From positions 1 to 64,000 of the IMG/VR virus record IMGVR_UViG_641736147_000004: a stretch of DNA of 64,000 bases; one strand, 5' to 3'. Below, in pieces: positions 10,401-19,580 of this stretch (the stretch's first letter is position 1; the number at the start of each line of letters is the position of its first letter). The position numbers were made by a program, and so were the translations under genes. The notes under the pieces were generated by a model that worked only from the letters and a program-made list of their open reading frames with translations, made no database searches and was not told where the DNA came from. Origin of the DNA: a virus (Duplodnaviria; Caudoviricetes).

Positions 10401-11724
10401 ATTACAAGATTCATACTCGTTAAATATGAATATAGTATGCTTAGACAAGATACCTAGGGTATTAAGTATCAAGAGAATTTTAGATGAATGGTTAAAATTC
10501 AGAAGAATGTGTATATCAAGAGTTTCTAATTATGATAAGAAAGATAAAGAACATAAATTACATTTATTAAACGCATTTAAAATTATTCTAACTGATATAG
10601 ATGCTTTGGTTCACATTACACGAAATGCTATAGATGATGATGACATGATAAAACAATTACAATTATATTTTAAGATAGATCAAGAGCAAGCCGAATATGT
10701 GTCAAATATCAAATTAAAAAAATTAAACAAAAACAATATAATTGAAATTACAGAGCAACAAATTACAGCATTACAACAGGAAATATCTGACTTAAAAAAT
10801 ATTCAAAATGATGAAACTCGTATAAACAATATTATAATTCAACAATTACAAAATATAAGAGACAAATATAAAATACCTAGAAAAACAGAAATTATTAATG
10901 TTGAAGATATACCTAGTGTAACACTTGAAGATATAAAGATAGAAGATTTTAATCCTACTCTAGTCCTTACAGAACAACAATACATAAAGAAAAATAGAGT
11001 ATTTTCACAATCTCAAAAGTTAAAAGATGATGATAAAATACTACAATTTCATCAATGTAATAATAAAGACGATTTATTATTATTCACTAATAAGGGCAAT
11101 GTATTAATTCGTAAAGTATATGAATTAGATGAACATAAGCCATCTACATACGGAGATTTCTTACCTAATCTATTAGGTGAACATCTTGAAAATGATGAAA
11201 AAGTAATTTACATATCAACTACTAAAAATTACAAAGGTTCAGTTATCACAGTATTTGAAAATGGTAATGTGGCTAGGATTGATTTAAAACAATATAAAAC
11301 TAAGCAAAATAGACAAGTACCTATGGATGCTTATAATACAGATAGTAAATTAGTGTCTATTTCAGTTATTACAGATGATACAAATATACTTCTAGTATCA
11401 CAAGAGGGTAAAGCGTTAATCATTAATACATCTCAAATTAGACCTACTAAATCAAGAAATACTCAAGGCGTGGCAGGAATGAAGATTGATACTGAACATA
11501 ATAAAGTAATAGGTTCAATTATTGGAGTTACTGTAGAGGATAATTTTGATATTAAAACAGAAAAAAGCAAGTCTAAATTTATTATGCTTGATGATATAGC
11601 ACCTAATGGTAAACAATCAATGACAGAATATCTCAAAGGTAATAGAAATACCCAAGGTAATTTCATATACAACACAAGACAAAAACATGATAAAGTTATT
11701 GAACTAATTAGGCAAGAAAAATAA
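7471..11724 (+). CDS. Type IIA DNA topoisomerase, B and A subunits fused in one polypeptide
   Basis: GHKL (EIVSNSID, GINGLG), TOPRIM (AEGSSA, TDQDTD, NKGLGE), then A-subunit motifs DGFKPAHRK, HGDGSIY, catalytic AHMRYTEA and C-terminal pinwheel-like repeats. Confidence 0.93.
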   Translation: MADLKRLKGSERVRKRVSVMMGSDDIRGCQHTLFEIVSNSIDRHRKGFGNYIKVIKHEDLSYTIIDHADGLPMDWNDKENAYNWDLALKVLYAGDNYDANSTALGINGLGLCSSQYASEYMEVVSYKDDKKYTVKCKKGRPIDKNTGEFICEDDDTLFAREQGQRVLLVESNSENKTGTYIHYKPDLEVFTNIDISIDWINDKLDKQAMVNKELKIEVYDEKEDKLYTHYYESGIKDYIKTISDDNNFSDVIYFTEKGKGRDKVDKPEYDYNYEIALVFNNEINKLEYYHNSSELLQGGSTADAINLAFTYAINEYAKDNNLFNKNESKIKFTDIQDSLICVISSFSTMTSYANQTKLSIDNKFIKDFTNQSLKEKLKLYFIENKLEAGRIVNQILINKRANDKAEKTKLNIKKTLQTKSNFDDTDNFYACTSNDKSITELYLAEGSSAQGSIVMGRNSKFQACYHVGGKMLSLLKADFEKIFKNKVVRELFQYLGCGIEIKSKHNKDLNTFDENNLNYSKIILATDQDTDAFQIRCLMLTAIYRLAPTLIKHGYVYIAESPLYEITTADKVYHAYTEEEKITILEELSKKGIKYDKPERNKGLGEVDSDIIAETMMNPKTRKITRVTVQDVEKMANTFELWLGDEVKPRKEVITSNFDYIEHFDNEQEKDIVKVLNENYLPYAIEVIKERAIISIDGFKPAHRKLLWTLHESNLYNKRTKSAHIVGSNMSLNVHGDGSIYETLVRMAQKDTLLYPYVNGKGNFGQHTSKSLQNAHMRYTEAGASNINKEFFHGINKNAVDFVPNFDGEKEEPILLPTTFPNVLVNANKGIAVGMASATPSFNLKEVCDLTIAYIKDTNIVVSDYLLCPDFATGGFIVRDVDKLNQIYETGQGSVTLRAKYEVKDNEIIVTEIPYTTNRESIVKDIKTLCRESKDNIIRNITNVIDSTDRKGMSITIKIKKNTNIELLMEKLYANTKLQDSYSLNMNIVCLDKIPRVLSIKRILDEWLKFRRMCISRVSNYDKKDKEHKLHLLNAFKIILTDIDALVHITRNAIDDDDMIKQLQLYFKIDQEQAEYVSNIKLKKLNKNNIIEITEQQITALQQEISDLKNIQNDETRINNIIIQQLQNIRDKYKIPRKTEIINVEDIPSVTLEDIKIEDFNPTLVLTEQQYIKKNRVFSQSQKLKDDDKILQFHQCNNKDDLLLFTNKGNVLIRKVYELDEHKPSTYGDFLPNLLGEHLENDEKVIYISTTKNYKGSVITVFENGNVARIDLKQYKTKQNRQVPMDAYNTDSKLVSISVITDDTNILLVSQEGKALIINTSQIRPTKSRNTQGVAGMKIDTEHNKVIGSIIGVTVEDNFDIKTEKSKSKFIMLDDIAPNGKQSMTEYLKGNRNTQGNFIYNTRQKHDKVIELIRQEK

Positions 11725-11841
11725 CAAACATTAATTAAAAATATTATACATATATTAATCAATTTTATAGTTTACAAAAAATAAAAAACACCCCATACAA
11801 TAAAAACTATTATATGGGGTATGAAAGGGGATTTATAAATA

Positions 11842-12513
11842 ATGAAAATCAACAATATATACAATAAACAATTAGAAATAATAATGGATATGGATGATGT
11901 ACTAGTTAATCTATCTGAATTTGTAGTTAATCAATACAACAAAGATTTTGATGATAATATGAATTGGCAAGATAATAAATCTTATTGGTGGGGAGATTGC
12001 AAGAAAGCATATAAGTCATATTTTGAACAACAGTTAATTAAAAAAGGAACTTTTATTAATCCTAGACCAACAGAGAATTCAATTAAAACTTTAAATAAAT
12101 TACATGAGGAAGGATTTAAGATAATATTTTGCACCTATCCTCAATATGATTCTGATTATTGTATAAAAGAAAAGATACAATGGTTACAACAATATTTTAA
12201 ATGGTTTAGCACTGATGAAAACTTAGTATTTACTCATAACAAAGGATTGTTAGCCAAATCAAATAGAATATTACTTGATGATAATTTAGATCATATATTT
12301 TCTTTTATAAGTAATGGAGGAATAGGCTGTATATTTAATCAAAGTTGGAATGGAAATGTGGGAAACAGAAGATTTATAGGATATAGAATTACTAAATTTG
12401 AAGAGTTTTATACTGTAGTGCATAATTTAGAAAATGAATTAGTAGCGAAGAAAAATTATGAGACCAATATACTAAAAGAAATTAGTTTTCATAATAAGTA
12501 TTATGTTAAGTAA
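11842..12513 (+). CDS. 5'(3')-deoxyribonucleotidase (NT5C, HAD)
   Basis: DMDDVLVN motif I; EKIQWL; ILLDD. Confidence 0.85.
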   Translation: MKINNIYNKQLEIIMDMDDVLVNLSEFVVNQYNKDFDDNMNWQDNKSYWWGDCKKAYKSYFEQQLIKKGTFINPRPTENSIKTLNKLHEEGFKIIFCTYPQYDSDYCIKEKIQWLQQYFKWFSTDENLVFTHNKGLLAKSNRILLDDNLDHIFSFISNGGIGCIFNQSWNGNVGNRRFIGYRITKFEEFYTVVHNLENELVAKKNYETNILKEISFHNKYYVK

Positions 12514-12633
12514 ATTTATAATGTAAACTTTACGTTGACATGTATTATTTAATATTTAATTTAAAAGGAGTGTTGCTTTATCATTGATAACAAAAACCAA
12601 AAACAATATATATTAACCATAGATAATAAATTA

Positions 12634-13032
12634 TTGCAAGAATATGAGGAGTATTATTTTAAAAAACATCCTAGAGCAAGAAATAAGCCATTTAAAACTC
12701 CAATTCATCCGTCTATAAATGTATGGGCTATTAATAGAATGACCATGAGAAATATGAAAAGTAAATGGAAAGAGTTTGGATTGTGGTTGGTTAATAAACT
12801 AGGATATGAGAATTTACATATAGAGAAATTTCAAATTACAATGAAGAACTATTATGGAAATAGAAGACGTAGAGATAATGACAACCAAAGTCCAAAGTTC
12901 CTATTAGATCCACTAGTTGAAAGTGGTATGTTAGTCGACGATGATTATAAACATCTAAATCCTTTAATTATAATGGGAGACTATGATAAAGGAAATCCTA
13001 GAATGGAAATTATTGTTGATATATTAGAATAA
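12634..13032 (+). CDS. RusA-like Holliday junction resolvase
   Basis: RRRDNDN...LDPLVESGMLVDDD motif; true start may be ~50 bp upstream. Confidence 0.7.
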   Translation: MQEYEEYYFKKHPRARNKPFKTPIHPSINVWAINRMTMRNMKSKWKEFGLWLVNKLGYENLHIEKFQITMKNYYGNRRRRDNDNQSPKFLLDPLVESGMLVDDDYKHLNPLIIMGDYDKGNPRMEIIVDILE

Positions 13033-13100
13033 GTTTGGTATTATACATATATAAGGGACTTTTTATTAACTATTTATAGACTTAGAGAACTAGACTTATG

Positions 13101-13283
13101 CTAGTTCTCTTTTTCTATGTATCTGTTTATTAGTTCAATTGTCGATAAAATCCCTCTTTTATATCCTTGTATCCAATTATAAGTATACTCATTATGTAGC
13201 ATATTCTCAGTAAAGTTCTCTTTTTCTAATTCTTTAATTAAATACGTAAGTAGATTTTGCTTATTAATCATATAGTTGCTCAA
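13101..13283 (-). CDS. Hypothetical protein
   Basis: GAGGTG RBS, TTG start. Confidence 0.5.
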   Translation of the reverse strand: MSNYMINKQNLLTYLIKELEKENFTENMLHNEYTYNWIQGYKRGILSTIELINRYIEKEN

Positions 13284-13315
13284 TTTGTTATCACCTCTAT
13301 TTGTTTCATTTATGG

Positions 13316-13684
13316 TTATTTAGTAAAGAAGTATTGTGCAATCATAAATCCTATACCAATAATAGTTCCTAAAATACCCCAAAATTCTTTTCTATCTGTA
13401 AGTTTAATATTATTGTCTGTATTTATTGTAGATTGAAACGTAGAAGTTAAAGCATCAGTAACTTTACTCATCATCATTTCTGATGTTTTACGGTTTTCTT
13501 TTTGCGTTTCATACATTAAATTTTTCAATTCCACTTGCCCCTTGGAAATTTCATTTAATTGTAACTCCATTTTGATATTAGACTCTTCTAATTTTCTTAT
13601 TCTAGCTTCATGATCTTTAATTACGTTTTTATTATTTATGATATCATCTTGAGTTTTTTGTTGCCATAATTCTTCGCTATTCAT
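13316..13684 (-). CDS. Coiled-coil protein with C-terminal TM (XhlA/holin-associated-like)
   Basis: DHEARIRKLEE coiled coil; C-terminal FWGILGTIIGIGFMIAQYFF; in the lysis region. Confidence 0.6.
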   Translation of the reverse strand: MNSEELWQQKTQDDIINNKNVIKDHEARIRKLEESNIKMELQLNEISKGQVELKNLMYETQKENRKTSEMMMSKVTDALTSTFQSTINTDNNIKLTDRKEFWGILGTIIGIGFMIAQYFFTK

Positions 13685-13790
13685 ATATAAAACCTCCTTT
13701 CTTGTTTTGTTCATTTATGTTGATTTTTAATTATTGTTTGCTATGTCATCACAGTACATTTTCCTTCCGATTTAATATTACATATTTCAC

Positions 13791-14780
13791 CTATTTAGAT
13801 AAAAAATCTAACATACCTACTAAATTTTCCTCTTTACCTATATCAACATATATCTCGGAAGTTGAGCTGTCGTTATGACCCATGAAGTCTCTAATCTGAT
13901 CAATATTTACGGAATGCTTCTTAAGCCAAGTTGCAGAATAATGACGTAGGCAGTGAGCGTAGCAATCGACTCCTAATATTTTAGTAAAAGATTGCATCCA
14001 TGAATCTACAGTTGATTCTTTTATTCTTTCCCATTGTTCATTTCTTTTGGTTACAAATAATGCTTCACAATCTATATTTAGTTCTTGTCGTTTAGCATAC
14101 CATTGTTTTAAATAGTCATCAGCTACAGCACAAATAGTATATTTATTTAATTTTTTACCCATTTTTCCTCTGCCTTTAGTTCGAATTTCAGGACTAACAT
14201 ACATACCTTCATAAATTGTTGGATGACCAAAGTACCAACTCATATCACATTGCACTATTTCTGATTTACGCATACCACTACCTGCTAATACCGCTATAAA
14301 ACAAGCTTTTTGTATTTCGCCACTTTTCATTAATTCATCAATTAAAAACTCAACTTGTTCATCTGATAATACGGTTTTTTCACGTACTGCTGATAAATTA
14401 GGTGCAGGTATTTTATTAATTATATTACGAAAGTTGGGATAATCATTATCCAACATATTTTCTATATAATTTGACATACTAGACATAGCAGAACGTAATC
14501 TACGTATTCTAGCAGGAGACATTTCTTGTGTGATACACCAATTTTGAAATTTAATAACATCTCTTTTTGTTATATCAAAAAACTCTTTATTTTTCGCCTT
14601 ATCTTTAAACCAATTTATGATTATTCTTAAATCTGATCTATAATTTCTAATGGTCATAGGAGACCTGTCTATTGATGAACAATATTCTAAGAACTCTTCA
14701 ACTAGCATGCGATTTTCGTCATTGCATTGTAACCACTGTTCTTCTGTGACATCACTCATTCTTTTTGTTTTTCTTGCCAT
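13791..14780 (-). CDS. Tyrosine recombinase / integrase
   Basis: SGMRKSE, TKGRG, HCLRH, MGHND...IY; N-terminal SAM-like domain. Confidence 0.92.
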   Translation of the reverse strand: MARKTKRMSDVTEEQWLQCNDENRMLVEEFLEYCSSIDRSPMTIRNYRSDLRIIINWFKDKAKNKEFFDITKRDVIKFQNWCITQEMSPARIRRLRSAMSSMSNYIENMLDNDYPNFRNIINKIPAPNLSAVREKTVLSDEQVEFLIDELMKSGEIQKACFIAVLAGSGMRKSEIVQCDMSWYFGHPTIYEGMYVSPEIRTKGRGKMGKKLNKYTICAVADDYLKQWYAKRQELNIDCEALFVTKRNEQWERIKESTVDSWMQSFTKILGVDCYAHCLRHYSATWLKKHSVNIDQIRDFMGHNDSSTSEIYVDIGKEENLVGMLDFLSK

Positions 14781-14850
14781 ATGTAATCACTCCTTAATTA
14801 TTTTAATTTATTCTTATAAAATAAAAGTCTATTTAATTTTTAATTATTTT

Positions 14851-15078
14851 TTATTTATCGTCACATACGTTGTAAAATCTCGGATTATGTTCTTTCCAAT
14901 CTTTTAAATCTTGTTCTAATACAGAATCCCAAGTAAATACCCAAAATGCTTTATGATTTCTAGGGTGTAACCCCTTGAACAAAAATTCATATCCTTTAGA
15001 TTTTAGATAATCTTTTTGATTTTTACTGAAACATCTATAAACCAATTTTTCCTGCAATATAATCACTCCTTTCATCAT
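14851..15078 (-). CDS. Small phage protein (DUF5659-like)
   Basis: YRCFS...YLKSKG...HPRNHKAFWVF. Confidence 0.55.
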   Translation of the reverse strand: MMKGVIILQEKLVYRCFSKNQKDYLKSKGYEFLFKGLHPRNHKAFWVFTWDSVLEQDLKDWKEHNPRFYNVCDDK

Positions 15079-15090
15079 ATTTTATATAAA

Positions 15091-15126
15091 AAATTCAATA
15101 CATAATGATGATTATGTATTGAATTT
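15091..15126. other. Perfect inverted repeat (15-bp arms around TGATGA): dif-like recombination site or terminator
   Basis: AAATTCAATACATAA-TGATGA-TTATGTATTGAATTT just upstream of the Xer-like gene. Confidence 0.45.
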
Positions 15127-15195
15127 CATTTTTTACTATGATATAATAACATTATCAAGAGATTTAACTCATAATATTTCATCAATTATAAGGAA

Positions 15196-16032
15196 GTGTG
15201 TGTTGAAATGGATAAACAATTCATGGAATTTCAGAATTATTTATTGGAACAACGTAAAAGCATTGCTACAATAAATGGATATATGCAAGATATAAGACAA
15301 TTTGTTGAATATCTAACCAATCATCATAAACAAATTAATAAATTGCATAATCAAGATATTGAAGACTATAAAAACTACTTACTATATGATGAACAATTAA
15401 AAGTCAAAACGGTTAATAGAAAATTAGTATCTATTAATCAATTTCTAACTTTTAACAATGTAGCCGTTACAATTAGACAAGAAAAAGTACAAATGCAAAA
15501 TTTCTTATCTAATCTTTTAACTAATGAAGATGTGCAAAAAATGATAAACACTACTTATAAAATTAATGACGTTCGTGCAAGGACAATTATCAATACCTTA
15601 TACTATACAGGTATGAGGGTTTCAGAAATGCTTCAGCTTACTATATATGATATTAATCAACCTCGTATCAATATAAAAGGGAAGGGAAGTAAATTTAGAA
15701 CAGTCTTCATTCCCCATAAACTACTAAATACATGGGCTGAATATATTCCTGTACGCATTAATAAATCTGATAAATTATTTACAGGAGAACGTGGTGCTAT
15801 CAATAGGGTTACAGTAGATACAATACTAAAAAAGATTGCTAGATTATCAAATGTATCATTGGATAAAGCTCATGCACATAACTTTAGGCATTTGTATTGT
15901 AAGAATTTAATTAAAAATGATATTGATATTAGTACAGTAGCTGATTTATGTGGTCATTCGAGTATCAATACAACTCGTTTATACACTCGATTGTCTGAAA
16001 ATGAATTGATGAATATCATCAACGAACTATAG
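15196..16032 (+). CDS. XerC/D-like tyrosine recombinase
   Basis: TGMRVSE, KGKGSK, HNFRH, CGHSSINTTRLY. Confidence 0.92.
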   Translation: MCVEMDKQFMEFQNYLLEQRKSIATINGYMQDIRQFVEYLTNHHKQINKLHNQDIEDYKNYLLYDEQLKVKTVNRKLVSINQFLTFNNVAVTIRQEKVQMQNFLSNLLTNEDVQKMINTTYKINDVRARTIINTLYYTGMRVSEMLQLTIYDINQPRINIKGKGSKFRTVFIPHKLLNTWAEYIPVRINKSDKLFTGERGAINRVTVDTILKKIARLSNVSLDKAHAHNFRHLYCKNLIKNDIDISTVADLCGHSSINTTRLYTRLSENELMNIINEL

Positions 16033-16290
16033 TCAATTTGTATGAATTTTATATTTTCAAAATAATTTTGTAGTATAACTGTAAGCTTGAAATTATTTTA
16101 AAAATAATATTTTTAACAGAATCCAATTTGGGAAATTATTAATTTTGAAATAAACAAACTAAAAATATCTTGACATATAATTAAATATTATGTTATCATT
16201 AAATTTATAATATACCAAAACATAATATTTGAATTATCTAACTTCATTAAATTATATATAACTATATAATATGCATAATTATACTACACA

Positions 16291-16314
16291 AAAAGTCCTC
16301 ATATTGAGGACTTT
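16291..16314. terminator. Intrinsic terminator downstream of the endolysin
   Basis: AAAAGTCCTC-ATATT-GAGGACTTT hairpin. Confidence 0.65.
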
Positions 16315-16339
16315 AATTATATTTATTTTGATTATCAAA

Positions 16340-17037
16340 CTATCTTATATATTTTTTACTTACATATCCTCCATGTTCACCAAAGTAAATAGATAACCAA
16401 CCATTGCCACAGTCTTTATAAATATGTACTTGTTGACCATTTTTAAGTTTGCCTATTATATCACTATTTGTACTCGGTTGACTTCTTACATTTAATACGG
16501 TTGCTGTAACTGTACCATACATTTCTTCATTAGCTTTTTTAATTTCATGTTGTGAGTTCTCAGTTGTGTTAGTTGTATAATCATATTGTTCTAAATTATA
16601 TTTATTTATTAATTCTAAAATTTTATCAATATACTTAGAATCAGTACAATATCCACCTTTAAATATTGCTTCTATTTGTTCTTTAGGTGTTTTAGCTGTA
16701 AAAACTCCTGCTTTAATATACCATTCTTTTTGTAAAAATCTTGCATGGTCTAATATACTTTCATTCCAACTATTATACACTCTAAATGGTTGTTGTACTG
16801 TAATTATCCCATTTTTAGTCCATTCTTTTGTATCTACATTTGCTACTTTACCATTCCAATCTCTAAGTGCTTTTATTCCAAATAAATTATTATAATTTTT
16901 AGCTAAATTACTAAAGCCCATCCAGATTCTAATATTGCTTGAGCCATTGTAACAGAAGCTAATATGCCATACTTTTCTTGAGTTATTATAGCACCATTTT
17001 TAATATCATTAATAAATTTATCAGTTTTTTGACTCAT
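16340..17037 (-). pseudogene. Endolysin (GH73 glucosaminidase + SH3b) with a 1-bp frameshift at ~16917-16919
   Basis: ATG 17037 gives MSQKTDKF...AQAILESGW; next frame gives SNLAK..NNLFGIKA..GGYCTD..LNVRSQPS; one base is missing in TGG-GC. Confidence 0.85.
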
Positions 17038-17090
17038 ATATAACACTTCCTTTTATATTATTTTCCTATAAATATAATTTAATTAATTTT

Positions 17091-17801
17091 TTAATTTTCT
17101 AACTCCTTAACTAATACATCAAACGTACCGTCATTTATAGTTTTCAAAGCATCTATAGGTCTATATGGTTCTATCTGACATGCTATGCTAACTTTGTTTA
17201 TATTTATATTTGTATCCATATACATCATCAGCTTAAAATCATTTAAATTAATATTTTTTAAATTGTTAATATCTCGTACATTATTAAATCCCTTTTCAAG
17301 ATATAATTGTTTACTAATTACTTGTTGATTTAAATCCACCATTTCATTATTATTAATACTAAATATATGTTTAGTGTTAATTTGTTGTAATAAAAAATAT
17401 TTTTCAAAATATAGAGCATCTATTTTAATTTTTTTACTATATTTTGCATAATAGCCATCACCCGAAGAGTTTATTATTAAATCTTTATACAGCATAGACC
17501 ACTCATCTAACTTTTCAGCAATAAATATATTAACTTTATCAACTGCTGAACTACCATATGAAGTTGCTGTTGACATTATTGAGATACTAGACACATCACT
17601 CATTTTACCTATATCCAAAATAATCTCATCATGTAATTTAAAAGCATTTTTTTTAGTAGATATTATTTGATAATTAATATCGTTAGTATTATTACTCAAT
17701 TTAATTGTTAAATCATTACATTCATCTGTTCCTCTTTCATTTTTTGCTAACTGTTGTACTTTTATTTTAATATATCTAAAACATAAGCTCATTTCGATCA
17801 C
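17091..17801 (-). CDS. Putative tail appendage / adhesin protein
   Basis: Shares a FLL.Q.N...S..GF.. C-terminal segment with the neighbouring SPRY proteins. Confidence 0.5.
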   Translation of the reverse strand: MIEMSLCFRYIKIKVQQLAKNERGTDECNDLTIKLSNNTNDINYQIISTKKNAFKLHDEIILDIGKMSDVSSISIMSTATSYGSSAVDKVNIFIAEKLDEWSMLYKDLIINSSGDGYYAKYSKKIKIDALYFEKYFLLQQINTKHIFSINNNEMVDLNQQVISKQLYLEKGFNNVRDINNLKNINLNDFKLMMYMDTNININKVSIACQIEPYRPIDALKTINDGTFDVLVKELEN

Positions 17802-18616
17802 TCTCCAAAATATATATCATCTATTATTTTTATTGCATTATTAAGACTGATACTAAATTGTATACCACTTCCTAAATCGTCATCTCGTTCCATAATCATA
17901 TTTTCTTTGGCTATAGTTTTCATTATATCGCCAATATCATCAAAACCATATTTCTTTAAATGTTCATCTGTAATATTATTAATATCAACGCCTGTAATTG
18001 GCTTATATTGTAACTTTGACGGTTCATAGAACTCTGATTTGATCGTGTATAATTGGTTATTTTGTTCAAGTAAAAACCTATATGGCAAAAGAAAAGAACG
18101 AAACCCGTTAGGAATATCATATTTAAAGCTTTTATGACCAAAATTAATTGCGATTCGATCCGTTGCATTTAAAAACCAAAAACAAGGATACCAGTTACAA
18201 TTATTTGACATTTTATTATCAATAGATGTATATTTTCCATTAATGATAACCCCTATTTGTTGATTATCAAAATCCAAACAAACTCCTATTGTATCATTAA
18301 TATTAACTTTGTTTATGGAAGATGTGTAATTTCCCTTGTTAACACATTCTCCTATTGTACTAATTCCTATAAAATGAATAAAATCACCATATCTTGCAAT
18401 TGCATTAATGTCTTGATCTTTTGTACATATTCCAAGTAACATGTATCGCGATATACTATCAAATGTCACTTCGTAATAAAATTTTCCTTTATTGTAAGTT
18501 TTTGATAATCTCAAACCACAATACCTATTGTTAGGATGTGACGAGTTGGCTTCTATGACATATTTTTTGTTAATATTAAAACAATTTTGATTGCTTTGTA
18601 ACCAATTAATTTGCAT
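17798..18616 (-). CDS. SPRY-domain putative receptor-binding protein
   Basis: GKFYYEV, DTIGVCLDFD, WYPCF, INFG..SFKYDIPNGF. Confidence 0.75.
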   Translation of the reverse strand: MQINWLQSNQNCFNINKKYVIEANSSHPNNRYCGLRLSKTYNKGKFYYEVTFDSISRYMLLGICTKDQDINAIARYGDFIHFIGISTIGECVNKGNYTSSINKVNINDTIGVCLDFDNQQIGVIINGKYTSIDNKMSNNCNWYPCFWFLNATDRIAINFGHKSFKYDIPNGFRSFLLPYRFLLEQNNQLYTIKSEFYEPSKLQYKPITGVDINNITDEHLKKYGFDDIGDIMKTIAKENMIMERDDDLGSGIQFSISLNNAIKIIDDIYFGE

Positions 18617-18625
18617 TATTGACGA

Positions 18626-19492
18626 TTACCTCCTTTCTTTTTCTTCCCATTTTCCTATTTGGAATTTACCACCTATCCCTTTCTTAACTAAATCTAATAA
18701 CTGATATTGTTCAGTGTTGTATTTAATTTCTTTTTTATTATCTTCATTAATATACTCTATTTTATCTGTGATTTCATTAAAATCAATTGGCGTAATAGTT
18801 TTATACAGTGCGTTTTTATCTAATTTAAAATTAATTAATTTACTGTTTTGTTGTTCAATTAATATATTTAAATCATCAACTCCATTTTCTTTGTACCATT
18901 TTTCTAATTCTATATTATCTTTAGGTTGTCCTAACTCATGAGATGAAGATTTTAATGAATAATATTTGTTGTTTTGTCTAATAAGATATTTACTATTATC
19001 ATCCAGTGAACTACAATTATGAGGCTTGTTATATACAAATGGTTTGCACCCAAAATTTATAGTGATTTGCTGATGCTCTGCCCCATCATAGACTATAATT
19101 CCTAAATATAATATTTTTGTATTTAAATTCGTATATTGCAATAATGTAGGTACACCATTTCTCCAAAAAGTTAAAGTACCGTTATTAATCGTTTTATCAT
19201 ATAATACACTAATAGTATCACCAATCTGCCACTTAGGAGCATTGTTCCCGTCTGACCAATAATAATACCCACTATGATAATCTAAAGAATCTGATGCTGA
19301 CAGTAAAGCAATACCAGAGTTATTCGCATTAAAGTTATTAATATAACATTCTAAATATACTTTATCTTTATTGGATGTATTGATTGGTTGAACAGTTCTT
19401 GCACCTTGCCAACCATTAATTTTACTTGTGATAGTTAAATAATTATTTGTTAAATGTACAGATTTGTATTGTGGATCTAAAAAATATTTCAT
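18626..19492 (-). CDS. SPRY-domain putative receptor-binding protein
   Basis: KVYLEC, GDTISVLYD, LTFWRNG, INFGCKPFVY. Confidence 0.7.
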   Translation of the reverse strand: MKYFLDPQYKSVHLTNNYLTITSKINGWQGARTVQPINTSNKDKVYLECYINNFNANNSGIALLSASDSLDYHSGYYYWSDGNNAPKWQIGDTISVLYDKTINNGTLTFWRNGVPTLLQYTNLNTKILYLGIIVYDGAEHQQITINFGCKPFVYNKPHNCSSLDDNSKYLIRQNNKYYSLKSSSHELGQPKDNIELEKWYKENGVDDLNILIEQQNSKLINFKLDKNALYKTITPIDFNEITDKIEYINEDNKKEIKYNTEQYQLLDLVKKGIGGKFQIGKWEEKERR

Positions 19493-19580
19493 ATATATCA
19501 GCTCCTTTACTTTGTATTTTAAAATTAACCTTTTATCATGTTTGTTATTTTAATTAATGTTTGTGAAACTTTCTTTATTA

